Source of the DNA: an uncultured Thermodesulfobacteriota bacterium
Lineage (GTDB): Bacteria > Desulfobacterota > B13-G15
Direction: 5' to 3'
Length of the DNA: 64,000 bases
Assembly: GCA_964611295.1 (NCBI GenBank)
Contig: CAZSWV010000002.1
Location: forward strand, 8,303 to 72,302
The translations under genes and the position numbers were made by a program. The notes under the pieces are model-generated. The model was not told where the DNA came from and did no database searches. It saw only the letters and a program-made list of their open reading frames with translations. Positions 36,799 through 48,319 of the stretch are shown here, piece after piece (within the stretch, counting starts at the first letter, position 1; each line of letters begins with the position of its first letter).

Positions 36799-37980
36799 CT
36801 ATCTTTCCAAGGCCATGAGCCCGGGAAGGGATTTCCCCTTTAGGTACTCCACTAAAGCCCCGCCTCCGGTCGACAAATGGGTAAATCTTTCAGCCAATCC
36901 CCAAAGGTTTACAGCATTTAGCGTATCCCCACCTCCAACCACTGTAAGGGCCTCAGAACGCGAGATCGCTTCTGCAATGGCGCGGGTTCCTTGAGCGAAG
37001 TCTTCATATTCGAAAATCCCCATAGGACCGTTCCACAATATGGTCTTTGCGGTTGAAATCATTTTCACAAAGACTTCTACGGTTTTAGGGCCAATATCCA
37101 CGGCCTTATAGCCTTCGGGGAAGGTGGTGTTATCGAAATATTCCTTTTCAGCCTCCTTTTTAACTTCCCTTACTGCCACGTGATCTAAAGGCAAAAGGAT
37201 TTTCACACCCCTTTCTCCAGCTTTGTGTAGGACTTCCCGTGCTTCTTCAATCTTGTCTTCTTCAACGGGCGAACTTCCCACTTGGCCGCCCAACGCCTTG
37301 ATAAAAGTATAGCTCATCGCCCCACCAATCGCTATGGCGTCAACCTTATCGAGAAGGTTCTTTATGATGTCCATCTTATCTGAAACTTTTGCCCCCCCAA
37401 GGATGAGTAAGAAGGGGCGAGGAGCAGAAGAAAAAATCTTATCTAGGATATCCAGTTCCTTTTTTAACAGAAAGCCACACCCTACATGTTCAAAAAAGTT
37501 CGTAATTGCCACAATTGAGGCATGGTTTCTGTGAATTGCTCCAAAGGCGTCGTTTATATAGACTTCTGCAAGCTCAGCCAAAGCCTTTGCAAATTGGAGG
37601 TCGTTTTTCTCTTCTTCAGGATGGAAACGCAAGTTCTCAAGCATTAAAACTTCACCTTCCCTAAGTTCCTGCGCTAACTTTTGAACTTCAGGTCCAACAC
37701 AATTAGGTGCTAAGATCACTTTTCTTCCCAAAAGTTTAGACAAGACTTCCGATATGGGCCTAAGGCTAAGCTCGGGTACCACCTTGCCTTTTGGGCGTCC
37801 TAGGTGTGAAGCCAAAATAAGCTTGGCTTTTTTCTGAAGGGCATAGTTTATAGTAGGCATGGTGGCTTTGATGCGGGTTATGTCCTTTATACTGCCGTCT
37901 TCCATCGGGACATTGAAATCAACCCGTATGAGGACCTTTTTCCTCTCTATTGGCAGTTCGTCTATGCACCTCAAGGGCAT
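36799..37980 (-). CDS. pgk: Phosphoglycerate kinase
   Basis: RVDFNVP, SHLGRP, LENLRF, GGAKVSDK, WNGPMG, STGGGA. Confidence 0.98.
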   Translation of the reverse strand: MPLRCIDELPIERKKVLIRVDFNVPMEDGSIKDITRIKATMPTINYALQKKAKLILASHLGRPKGKVVPELSLRPISEVLSKLLGRKVILAPNCVGPEVQKLAQELREGEVLMLENLRFHPEEEKNDLQFAKALAELAEVYINDAFGAIHRNHASIVAITNFFEHVGCGFLLKKELDILDKIFSSAPRPFLLILGGAKVSDKMDIIKNLLDKVDAIAIGGAMSYTFIKALGGQVGSSPVEEDKIEEAREVLHKAGERGVKILLPLDHVAVREVKKEAEKEYFDNTTFPEGYKAVDIGPKTVEVFVKMISTAKTILWNGPMGIFEYEDFAQGTRAIAEAISRSEALTVVGGGDTLNAVNLWGLAERFTHLSTGGGALVEYLKGKSLPGLMALER

Positions 37981-37982
37981 AG

Positions 37983-39314
<1,332 letters not shown>

Positions 39315-39327
<13 letters not shown>

Positions 39328-39926
39328 GTCTTTACCTCCTTCAACATCCTCGTCCTTTTACACCTTTCTGCCTTCACTATCGCCTTTAGACAATCCAAAG
39401 CTCTTTCAATATCATCGTTTACCACCACGTAATCATAAAGGTCTATCTTCTTCAACTCCGCTAATGCATCCTGGAGCCTTTTTCTAATAGTCTCCTCTGA
39501 GTCTTTACCTCTTTGACGGAGTCGCCTTTCAAGTTCTTGAAAAGATGGGGGCACAAGAAAGATAAACACTGCATCAGGGTACGTCCTTTTTATCTGCTCT
39601 GCTCCTTGCGGATCGATATCTAATATCATATCTACACCTTCAGGAGGGGTCAAGCTTTCCCGAGGTGTGCCATAAAAGTCACCGTGGACGTTTGCCCATT
39701 CTACGAACTTCCCCTTTTCCACCATCTTAAGGAAATCATCGCGAGAAACAAAGAAATAATCTTTGCCGTTTTCTTCTCCTGGACGTGGACGGCGGGTAGT
39801 GTATGATACCGAAAACTTAAGACCTGGCACTTCACCGATAAGCTGTGAGATCAAAGTGGTCTTACCTGTCCCCGAAGGTGCTGATATCACAAATATTATC
39901 CCTTTGCCTTCCATGGCCTCACTCAA
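39315..39926 (-). CDS. gmk: Guanylate kinase
   Basis: SAPSGTGKTT, SYTTRRPRPGE, YGT, DIDPQG. Confidence 0.96.
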
Positions 39927-40794
39927 CGTTCTGGGCTTGTTCTCTTACCTTTTCGGCTTCCTCTTTTATGAGCAAGGCCTTTTGGATGATCCCCAATTCA
40001 GGAGCCTTAGAGGCTATGGTATTGGCCTCACGATATACCTCCTGTAAGAGGAAATCCAAAGCCCTGCCTATGATCCCCCCTTTTTGTAGTTTTTCCCGTA
40101 AACTTTGAAGGTGTCCCTTTAGCCTGGTCAGTTCTTCGGTGATGTCCGACCTTTGAACCAAAAGGGCAACTTCCAGTTCTAGCCTTCCAGTATCTAACTC
40201 AAGCCCCTGAGTAAGTTCCTTTATCCGCTTCAGGATTTTCTCCTTAAGCCTATAAGGGACTCCACTGGCCTCCTCCTCCATTTCCCGCAACGCCTCCTCC
40301 ATTCTGTGTACCCTGGAAAGCATATCCCTTTGCATGTTTTCCCCTTCTTTGCGTCTGGACTCAGATAGATCTAAGAGGGCTTTCCTAACTATTGGTTCTA
40401 CTTCGTCCCATATGTCTGTTTCCCCTTCTGGCTCTTCGAAGTAAATGAGACCATATTGTAAAAGGTGAGAAAGGGCTATGTCATCCTTAATGGCAAAGCG
40501 TTCCTTTACCTCTTTAAGGGTGTTTATGAAATTTTCTATCAATTCCCATTGGACAGTAGGTACCAAAGTAGCCTTTCTCTTGTTCCTTTCGAAATAAAAA
40601 ACCACGTCTACTTTGCCCCTTTTTACATGTTCTTTTACTACTTCCCTTATCCTTCCTTCTATCAAAGTTGCCCATTTGGGAAGTTTTAAGTTTATCTCGA
40701 GGAACCTATGGTTTAAAGACCTTATTTCTACCCTTAGGTTACCGAAAGAGGTCTCCCCTTCTGCTTGTCCAAATCCAGTCATTGAGAAGACCAT
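39919..40794 (-). CDS. YicC/YloC family endoribonuclease
   Basis: SMTGFG, RSLNHRFLE, RGKV, DITEELTRL, LDFLLQE..REANTIASK, REQAQNVE; start ATG 40794. Confidence 0.92.
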   Translation of the reverse strand: MVFSMTGFGQAEGETSFGNLRVEIRSLNHRFLEINLKLPKWATLIEGRIREVVKEHVKRGKVDVVFYFERNKRKATLVPTVQWELIENFINTLKEVKERFAIKDDIALSHLLQYGLIYFEEPEGETDIWDEVEPIVRKALLDLSESRRKEGENMQRDMLSRVHRMEEALREMEEEASGVPYRLKEKILKRIKELTQGLELDTGRLELEVALLVQRSDITEELTRLKGHLQSLREKLQKGGIIGRALDFLLQEVYREANTIASKAPELGIIQKALLIKEEAEKVREQAQNVE

Positions 40795-41321
40795 GGCTTC
40801 CTCCTCAGTTTTTCCAAATAAACTCTCCTGACCCTTTCGAAAAAGGCGCGTACGTCCTGAGAAGCATAGTCCGGATATGTCCACAGAAGGGGCTCAAACC
40901 GTCCATTGCGGAAAATGAGGGTCAGGTCTGCAAAGATGCCTTTTCCCAGGTAAGGCCTATGAGGTGCCTCTTTTGTAGTGGCGAGTATTAGGTGGTGTTG
41001 GCCAACATATCCAGGGTCTATGTTCACCGTCCTCTTGCCGTTTAAACTAAAAGCTAACTCTACGTCATTGGTCCAAAGTTTGATCTCTTTCAATTCATCC
41101 CTTTTTCTCAGTTCACAAAAAGAGAAAAAGCGCCGCACGAGATTGGGTCCCATCTCACGTTCGTAATACCTAGTCCAATTAAAAGGCAACAATTCGCTCT
41201 TTAAATCTATCTCACCCAATTTCTCCATCAAGACCTCAAGGACAGTATGGATCATATCGTCCGAGATAGCGATTATACTTACTGTGTATTTCACAGGTTT
41301 CGGTTCCCTAGGTATCCCCAT
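40779..41321 (-). CDS. DUF4416 family protein
   Basis: YYEREMG..L.R, R.VNIDPGY, HRPYLGKGI.ADLTL, WTYPDY. Confidence 0.82.
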   Translation of the reverse strand: MGIPREPKPVKYTVSIIAISDDMIHTVLEVLMEKLGEIDLKSELLPFNWTRYYEREMGPNLVRRFFSFCELRKRDELKEIKLWTNDVELAFSLNGKRTVNIDPGYVGQHHLILATTKEAPHRPYLGKGIFADLTLIFRNGRFEPLLWTYPDYASQDVRAFFERVRRVYLEKLRRKPWSSQ

Positions 41322-42063
41322 GGCTTCTGTAAGAAAGGTAGATGAAAAACTCCTTATTGCCCTTAGGTCCTTTGAGGGGGGACTCCATTACACCCTTTGG
41401 TAAAAGACCTAAAGAAGAAGCAAAGTCCCATATCTCTTTGATCACCCTTTGGTGTTTCAGGGGGTCTCTGACCACACCTCCTTTGCCAACCTCACCTTTT
41501 CCCACTTCAAATTGAGGTTTGATAAGGGCTAGTATTTCTCCTCCTGCCTTGAGAAACTTCACGACATTAGGTAACACCAACTTTAAGGATATGAAGGAAA
41601 CGTCTATGGTAGCTACGTCCACTTCCTCCGGCACTTCCTTTTTAGAGAGGTACCTTATGTTGTATCCCTCCAACACCACAACACGCGGGTCGTTTCTCAA
41701 CCTCCAGTGGAGAAGTCCTCGGCCCACATCCACTGCGTACACCTTCTGCGCTCCTTTCCTCAAAAGGCAGTCTGTGAAACCTCCTGTGGAGGCCCCTACG
41801 TCGAGGGCTGTTTTTCCTCTAACGTCCACTAAGAAATGATCTAGGGCAGCCTCAAGCTTCAACCCCCCACGACTCACGTAGGGTAGGGGGTTCCACAGGA
41901 TCTCTATCTGTGCTTCCTCATCCACGACCTGCCCGGCTTTCGTTATGGGTCTTCCGTTGACCAATACAGCTCCTGCCAATATCATTGCCTGTGCCTTTTC
42001 GCGGGAAGGGGCCAACCCTTTAGTTACAAGCAGCTTGTCAAGCCTTTCCTTTTTTCTCTTCAT
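41308..42063 (-). CDS. tlyA: TlyA family rRNA 2'-O-methyltransferase
   Basis: S4 domain, YVSRGGLKL, DVGASTGGFTD, DVSFISL, LIKPQFE, GNKEF. Confidence 0.93.
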   Translation of the reverse strand: MKRKKERLDKLLVTKGLAPSREKAQAMILAGAVLVNGRPITKAGQVVDEEAQIEILWNPLPYVSRGGLKLEAALDHFLVDVRGKTALDVGASTGGFTDCLLRKGAQKVYAVDVGRGLLHWRLRNDPRVVVLEGYNIRYLSKKEVPEEVDVATIDVSFISLKLVLPNVVKFLKAGGEILALIKPQFEVGKGEVGKGGVVRDPLKHQRVIKEIWDFASSLGLLPKGVMESPLKGPKGNKEFFIYLSYRSHGDT

Positions 42064-43933
42064 CTCTAATCAGTTTCAAGGCCTCTTGTGCAAGGCTTGG
42101 GACATCCAACCCACATATCTTCAACAATTCTTCCCTCGGCCCATGTTCTACAAAGCGCGAAGGAATTCCTACACATTTCACCTTCTTGTCGAAGAGACCT
42201 TCTTTTGCCATGAATTCCAATACCGCAGAACCGAGTCCGCCTTCTAGGACGTTTTCTTCTAAGGTCATTATGTACTGATGGACTTCTACCAAAGCCCTGA
42301 GGTAGGCCTCGTCAAATGGCTTGATAAACCTCATATTGACTACGGTTGGCCTTATCCCAGTTTCCCTTTCTAAGATTTCGGAGGCAAGGAGGGCCCTTTG
42401 GACCATGGATCCCACTGCTAGGATCAATAACCTTTGGCCTTCTTGGAGGAGTTCCATCTTCCCCCATTCAAAAGTCCCCCTCTTTTTGAAAAAGTTCCCA
42501 AGTCCTTTTGCTTTAGGATAACGTATTGCCACCGGTCCTCCGTCATACTGTGCAGAAGCAAAGAGCATATCGCGAAGTTCCCACTCGTCCTTGGGTGCCA
42601 TAACGGTCATATTGGGTATTGAGCGGAGATAGGAAAGGTCAAAAAGCCCGTGATGGGTCTCACCGTCCTCTCCCACTATACCTGCACGATCTATGCAGAA
42701 CACTACAGGTAGCTTTTGTAAGGATACCTCTTCTACGATTTGGTCGTAGGCGCGCTGTAAAAAACATGAATAAATAGCTACGAAGGGCTTGAAACCACAT
42801 AAAGCCAAACCAGCCCCAAGGCTTACGGCCACTTGTTCAGCTATACCTACGTCAAAGAACCTGTTGGGGAAACGCTTAGAGAACTCTAAAAGACCCGTTC
42901 CGGAGGGCATGGCCGCTGTGATAGCCACTACCCTGGGGTCGTTTTCTGCAATTTCCACAAGTGTGTGGCCCAAGACATCAGAATAGGTTGGAGTAGTTCC
43001 GTCTTTTTTCAAAGTTCCTGTTTCAAGATCAAACCCTTCTACACCGTGAAAAGAAGTAGGATCTCCTTCAGCAGGGGGGTATCCTTTCCCTTTCTTTGTG
43101 ACCACATGTAGCAATACTGGCCGATTTAACTGTTTGACGTTGTTCAAAGTATCTATAAGATGATCAAGGTTGTGTCCATCTATGGGACCTACATATTTGA
43201 AGCCGAGCTCCTCAAATAAGAGACCTGGGCTGAAGAAGACCTTTATGGCCTCTTCTGCGGTCTTCATGATCCGAAAGAGCCTTTTCCCTCCAGGGATTTC
43301 TTGTAATATCCTCTTGACGTCCTCTTTCACCTTTGTTGCCCAATGCCCTGTGAGAATGCGCGTTAAGTATCCAGCTAAGGCACCTACTGTTTTGGAGATG
43401 GACATTTCGTTGTCGTTGAGGACCACAATGAGCTTTGTGCCCCATGCCCCTGCGCAATTTAAGGCCTCAAAAGTCACTCCAGCACTTAAACTCCCATCAC
43501 CTATAACGGCTACTACATGGAAATCTTCTCCTTTAAGATCCCTAGCTTCCGCTATGCCAAGCGATAAGGCTAAAGCAGTCCCAGAGTGACCGCTGTCGTA
43601 AACGTCAAAGGGGCTTTCCTCACGTCGTAAAAAACCACTTATACCTCCCCTTTGCCTCAGGGTGTGAAAGCTCTCTCTTCTGCCAGTTAAGATCTTATGG
43701 GCGTAAGCTTGATGCCCCACGTCCCAGAGGATCTTATCCTTTGGGGCGTCGAAACAATAATGTAAAGCTATGGCGAGTTCCACTGCGCCAAGACTTGACG
43801 CCAAATGGCCTCCTCTTACCGAAACTACCTGCACGATCTCTTGCCTTATCTCTTGGGCAACTTGGTAGAGGAGGCAACGCGGTAACTTCTTTAGGTCCTC
43901 TGGAGAGTGGATACTTTCAAGGATTTTTCCCAT
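42038..43933 (-). CDS. dxs: 1-deoxy-D-xylulose-5-phosphate synthase
   Basis: GGHLASSLG, WDVGHQAY.HK, IGDGS, NDNEMSI, DVGIAEQ, DRAG.VGEDG.TH. Confidence 0.97.
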   Translation of the reverse strand: MGKILESIHSPEDLKKLPRCLLYQVAQEIRQEIVQVVSVRGGHLASSLGAVELAIALHYCFDAPKDKILWDVGHQAYAHKILTGRRESFHTLRQRGGISGFLRREESPFDVYDSGHSGTALALSLGIAEARDLKGEDFHVVAVIGDGSLSAGVTFEALNCAGAWGTKLIVVLNDNEMSISKTVGALAGYLTRILTGHWATKVKEDVKRILQEIPGGKRLFRIMKTAEEAIKVFFSPGLLFEELGFKYVGPIDGHNLDHLIDTLNNVKQLNRPVLLHVVTKKGKGYPPAEGDPTSFHGVEGFDLETGTLKKDGTTPTYSDVLGHTLVEIAENDPRVVAITAAMPSGTGLLEFSKRFPNRFFDVGIAEQVAVSLGAGLALCGFKPFVAIYSCFLQRAYDQIVEEVSLQKLPVVFCIDRAGIVGEDGETHHGLFDLSYLRSIPNMTVMAPKDEWELRDMLFASAQYDGGPVAIRYPKAKGLGNFFKKRGTFEWGKMELLQEGQRLLILAVGSMVQRALLASEILERETGIRPTVVNMRFIKPFDEAYLRALVEVHQYIMTLEENVLEGGLGSAVLEFMAKEGLFDKKVKCVGIPSRFVEHGPREELLKICGLDVPSLAQEALKLIRDEEKKGKA

Positions 43934-44780
43934 TGCTCAAGAGCCTTTCCATGGAAGATACGATTTCTCTCAAGGGGTCTGCTCTTGTCCCAAATCCTTC
44001 AAGGGCTTTCAATGCTTCTTTCAGCAACCTTTTGGCCTCTAACCTTGCTTCCTCAACCCCTAGGATATTGGCAAGGTTTGACGCCTTTTTTTCTCCATAG
44101 TCCATAACGTCGTCAATAAGCTGGAAAGCCATCCCGAAGTTGTGCCCAAAGAAAACCAGCTTCTCCAATTGCTTTTCATCCGCTCCCCCTATTAACCCTC
44201 CTATCTTCACAGCCACGGTCATGAAGGCAGCTGTTTTATAGAGATGGATCCGACGTATCTCTTCTGCGTTCAATAGCTTGCCGTCAACCTCCACATCAAG
44301 GGCTTGTCCTCCTACCATTCCCTTAATGCCTACTGCTTTTGAGACTTCGTGGATTACCCTGAGCACAGTAAGAGGCGGTATGTCTTCACAAAAGATCGGA
44401 TTTGCCATTAACTGGAAAGCTTCAGTAAGCAACGCATCCCCAGCCAAAATCGCCATGGCTTCTCCAAAAAGCCTATGGCTTGTGGGTCTACCCCGCCTGT
44501 AATCCTCATTGTCCATAGCCGGAAGGTCATCGTGTATGAGCGAATACGTGTGGATCATCTCCAGGGCACAGGCATAAGGAAGGGCACGCTCAATATCTCC
44601 CCCTACTGCGAAAGTCGAAGCAAGGACCAAGAGGGGCCTTATCCTCTTACCTCCGGAAAAGATACTGTAGCGCATGGCCTGGGCCAATGAAGGAGAAGGC
44701 CCCTCTTCTATAGGCAAAAAGCGATCAAGGGCCCTCTCAACCATTTCCCTCCACATACCCAGAAGGTCCTTAGCTTCCAT
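43917..44780 (-). CDS. ispA: Farnesyl/geranylgeranyl diphosphate synthase
   Basis: GGKRIRP, SLIHDDLPAMD, RRG, GQALD, FQLIDD. Confidence 0.9.
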   Translation of the reverse strand: MEAKDLLGMWREMVERALDRFLPIEEGPSPSLAQAMRYSIFSGGKRIRPLLVLASTFAVGGDIERALPYACALEMIHTYSLIHDDLPAMDNEDYRRGRPTSHRLFGEAMAILAGDALLTEAFQLMANPIFCEDIPPLTVLRVIHEVSKAVGIKGMVGGQALDVEVDGKLLNAEEIRRIHLYKTAAFMTVAVKIGGLIGGADEKQLEKLVFFGHNFGMAFQLIDDVMDYGEKKASNLANILGVEEARLEAKRLLKEALKALEGFGTRADPLREIVSSMERLLSNGKNP

Positions 44781-45003
44781 TTTCTTCCTCTTCGAAAGGC
44801 CTAGGGATAAGCTGTTCTCCTTCTTTTACCAATATCTCCACCTTCCTTTTTACCTCGTCCAATTTGTTGTAACAAAAACGAGCAAGCTCTACCCCTTTTT
44901 CAAATAATTTCAATGCTTCTTCAAGGGGGAGATCTCCCTTTTCCAATTCTTCAACTATGAACTCAAGCTGCCGAAGTGATTCTTCAAAAGACATGCTCGC
45001 CAT
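44770..45003 (-). CDS. xseB: Exodeoxyribonuclease VII small subunit
   Basis: FEESL.QLE.IV..LE.G.L.LEEAL..FEKG. Confidence 0.95.
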   Translation of the reverse strand: MASMSFEESLRQLEFIVEELEKGDLPLEEALKLFEKGVELARFCYNKLDEVKRKVEILVKEGEQLIPRPFEEEENGS

Positions 45004-45016
45004 AATAGGTACCCTC

Positions 45017-46363
45017 CTACTCAGATTTCCCCTTCACCAGACATTCAAGCTCACCTTTCGCTAAAACTACACGTACTCTATCACCGATTGATACTTGCGC
45101 TGCATCTTTGACCAAAACGTTGTGAGGCAAAAGCCAAGTAATAGAATAACCCCTTGAAAGTATTGTCAGAGGACTTACGTCATTTAATTTACCTGCTAAA
45201 AACTGCAAGTTATTTTCTTTAGTTTTAATTTGTAAAATTATACCTTTTTTTAACCTTGAGGTTAAAGAAAACAATTTGTCTCTCAACAATTCACACCTTC
45301 TTTTAGGTGTATGAGTAAGCAATAGTTTGCAAGAAACATTAAGTCTTTGTGAATTTCGCTCAATTATGAATAGCATATTTTGAATAAGTCTTTTCTCTGC
45401 GTTGATAGTGTGCCTAAACAAGTCTTTTAATTTTTTTCGTGGATCTTTCAAATTCTTTTCTAACCTTTTTAATCTTTCTTCCTTTAAGGTGAGGATGTGT
45501 TTTATCGCATTAAATAGCCTTTTATGCAACAAATTTATCTTTTCTCGTAAGTCTTCTTTCTGTTTTACCACCATTTCTGCAGCGGCGGAGGGGGTAGGGG
45601 CTCTTAAGTCGGCGACAAAGTCTGAAATGGTGTAATCGGTTTCGTGGCCGATGGCTGAGATTACTGGAACTGGACATCGAAAGATGCTCCTTACCACTAT
45701 TTCTTCGTTGAAGGCCCAAAGATCTTCGATGGATCCACCTCCACGGGCAACAATTATCACATCCACAAGTCCGCTTTTCCCCAAATAGTCGATCGCTTCC
45801 GCTATTTCTTCAGCTGCGCCTTCTCCTTGTACTCTTACTGGGTAGATGAGGATATGTAAGTTTTCAAAGCGTCTTTTAAGGACCTTCAACATGTCTTTTA
45901 TTACCGCCCCTTTTGGTGAAGTTACTATTCCGATCCTTTGAGGTAAAAGGGGCAAGGGTTTTTTATGGGAGGGATCGAAAAGCCCTTCTGCTTCAAGCTT
46001 CTTTTTCAGCTGTTCGAAGGCCAACTGGAGGGCCCCAAGGCCTTTAGGTTCCAGATAATCTACAATGAGCCTGTACTCGCCTTTGGGCTCGTAAACGCTG
46101 ATCCTCCCCCAACAGAGGACGTGTTGGCCGTTTTCAAGTACGAACTTTAGGAAACGCGTCTGAGTTTTGAAGATGACGGCTTTCAGCTGCGATTTGGGGT
46201 CCTTCAGGGTAAAGAACACATGGCCCGAAAGTGGTATGCGCAAATTGGATACTTCGCCCTCCACGAGGACCTCGGGGAACTCTCCTTCAAGTAAGTCCCT
46301 TATTTGAGAAGTGAGTTCGCTCACTGTATAAATCCTTAACGGGAACAAGGCCCTTTCTACCAT
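45017..46363 (-). CDS. xseA: Exodeoxyribonuclease VII large subunit
   Basis: GEVSN, SGH.FFTLKD, ARGGGSIEDLWAFN, SAIGHETD, TPSAAAE, LSRGYS. Confidence 0.96.
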   Translation of the reverse strand: MVERALFPLRIYTVSELTSQIRDLLEGEFPEVLVEGEVSNLRIPLSGHVFFTLKDPKSQLKAVIFKTQTRFLKFVLENGQHVLCWGRISVYEPKGEYRLIVDYLEPKGLGALQLAFEQLKKKLEAEGLFDPSHKKPLPLLPQRIGIVTSPKGAVIKDMLKVLKRRFENLHILIYPVRVQGEGAAEEIAEAIDYLGKSGLVDVIIVARGGGSIEDLWAFNEEIVVRSIFRCPVPVISAIGHETDYTISDFVADLRAPTPSAAAEMVVKQKEDLREKINLLHKRLFNAIKHILTLKEERLKRLEKNLKDPRKKLKDLFRHTINAEKRLIQNMLFIIERNSQRLNVSCKLLLTHTPKRRCELLRDKLFSLTSRLKKGIILQIKTKENNLQFLAGKLNDVSPLTILSRGYSITWLLPHNVLVKDAAQVSIGDRVRVVLAKGELECLVKGKSE

Positions 46364-46553
46364 TGTCTAAAATTTTATCGCCATAAGAAGGGGATTCCAA
46401 TCATAGGGCGCGCTCCCCATGTCCTTTTCGTCACTTTAGAGGTCTCCTTTGGGTTTTGAGGCCCTTGACAACCTTTCTTTATAACGGTAAAAGCCTTCCT
46501 AAAAAGCAAAAGCGGTAAAGGGTAGATTTTTCTTTTTGGCTCAGGAGGAGGAG

Positions 46554-47321
46554 ATGCAGTTAATCGTTTTAGTAAAAAGGGTCCTTGATAGCGAGGCACA
46601 GGTTAACGTAAAGGAAGGGGGTAAAGAGATAGTCACAGAAGAACGGTATACCGTGAATTTTTTTGACTCCCTCGCCATTGAAGAGGCCCTTAGGATCCGT
46701 GAGGTCCATGGAGGAAAGGTAACAGCCATTACGGTAGGTACTTCCGCCTCCAAAGAAGTGCTACGTACAGCAATGGCCATGGGCGTTGACGAATCCATAT
46801 TGGTCCATGTTGAAGACTATAGTTGGTATGACCCTTTAAACACAGCAGCTATACTTGCTAAAGTTATAAAAACTATGCCTTATGACCTTATACTGTGTGG
46901 TAGAGAAGCTTTCGACGACTCATACGGAGTAGTAGGACCAGCAGTAGCAAAAATGCTAGGGATAAACTACGTGACCATGGTGAACAAGATAAAGGTAAAT
47001 GGAAGGGAGATTGAAGTGCAACGTGAAGTTGAGGATGGCAAAGAGATCTTTAAGTTAAAACTACCTGCTTTGATCACCACCACAAAAGGACTTAACGAGC
47101 CAAGAGTACCATCTGTATCAGGTATATTAAAAGCCATGAAAACCCCAATAAAACAAATCGAACTCGCTGATCTTGGCGAAATTCCATTTGATGAGTCATT
47201 GGAAATACGGAGATTTTACGAACATATAAAAACCAGAAAGGTCAAATACATTAAAGGTGAGCCTCAAGAAGCTGTGCGGACATTGATAGAGTTGTTAAAA
47301 CTTGAAGCCAAAGTACTGTAA
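46554..47321 (+). CDS. etfB: Electron transfer flavoprotein beta subunit
   Basis: VKRV.D, AIEEALR, AMG.D, DLILCG, NEPRVPS; start ATG 46554 after AGGAGG. Confidence 0.92.
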   Translation: MQLIVLVKRVLDSEAQVNVKEGGKEIVTEERYTVNFFDSLAIEEALRIREVHGGKVTAITVGTSASKEVLRTAMAMGVDESILVHVEDYSWYDPLNTAAILAKVIKTMPYDLILCGREAFDDSYGVVGPAVAKMLGINYVTMVNKIKVNGREIEVQREVEDGKEIFKLKLPALITTTKGLNEPRVPSVSGILKAMKTPIKQIELADLGEIPFDESLEIRRFYEHIKTRKVKYIKGEPQEAVRTLIELLKLEAKVL

Positions 47322-48319
47322 TGGAGGCAAAAATGGAAAATATATGGGTATATATTGAGCATAAAGAAGGAAAACCAAAAAGAATCAGTTACGAATTGTT
47401 ATCAAAAGCAAGAGAACTAGGAGAAATCATCAATGGCGAAATAAAAGCAATACTTATTGGCAAAAATGTAGAAAGCGTAATAAAGGAGATAAGCCCTTAT
47501 GTAGACAAAATCTATCTTTTCAAAAACGACAAGCTCAGTTTCTATAACTGTGAAGTATACTTGGAGTTACTTTTAGGGCTTATTAAAAAAGAAATGCCCT
47601 ATCTTATATTGGCTGGAGCGACAAGTCAAGGAAGAGACTTATTCAGTGGCTTTGCAGCAACTATAGGTGCAGGTATCGTTGTAGATTGCGTAAAGATAGA
47701 ATACGATAAAAACACTTTAGTATTTACCAAACCATATTATGGTGGTAAGGTTTTCGGTGAAATTATAATAAAGAAAGACCCTAAGATAGTCTTGGTAAGA
47801 CCCCGCAGTTTTGCAGTTAATCTGTCACGTAAGGACAAGGAGGCTGAAGTAGCGGAATTGCCTGTGGAGGTAAAGTGGGATGAGATTTCTGTAGAACCGC
47901 TGGGTTTCGAAAAAGTAGAAGAAGGGGAAGTGGATTTAACTGAAGCGGATGTAGTTGTTTGTGGTGGGATGGGGTTGAAAGCGGCTGAGAATTTCAAGAT
48001 GTTAGAAGAACTGGCGCGTCTTTTGAAAGGTACAGTGGGAGCTACAAGGGCAGCTGTGGATGCAGGATGGAGGCCCCCTACAGATCAGATTGGGAAAAGT
48101 GGCAAGATCGTTTCGCCTAACCTCTACGTGGGAATAGGAGTTTCAGGGGCCATCCATCACATCATGGGGATGGACACTTCAAAAGTAGTGGTGGCTATCA
48201 ACAAAGACCCAATGGCCCCCATATTTCAACATGCTGACTACGGCATCATCGGCGATTTATTTGAAATCGTGCCTGCCTTGATCGAGGAATTGAAAAAATA
48301 TAAAGGGGATTTTTCATGA
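47321..48319 (+). CDS. etfA: Electron transfer flavoprotein alpha subunit
   Basis: GATRAAVDAGW, QIGKSGK.V.P.LY, GVSGAIHH..GM, INKDP.APIF. Confidence 0.94.
   Translation: MEAKMENIWVYIEHKEGKPKRISYELLSKARELGEIINGEIKAILIGKNVESVIKEISPYVDKIYLFKNDKLSFYNCEVYLELLLGLIKKEMPYLILAGATSQGRDLFSGFAATIGAGIVVDCVKIEYDKNTLVFTKPYYGGKVFGEIIIKKDPKIVLVRPRSFAVNLSRKDKEAEVAELPVEVKWDEISVEPLGFEKVEEGEVDLTEADVVVCGGMGLKAAENFKMLEELARLLKGTVGATRAAVDAGWRPPTDQIGKSGKIVSPNLYVGIGVSGAIHHIMGMDTSKVVVAINKDPMAPIFQHADYGIIGDLFEIVPALIEELKKYKGDFS

Noticed and set aside
46375-46599. Minus-strand 74-aa ORF
   Set aside because: Spans the xseA/etfB divergent promoter region and the etfB start; no recognisable motifs
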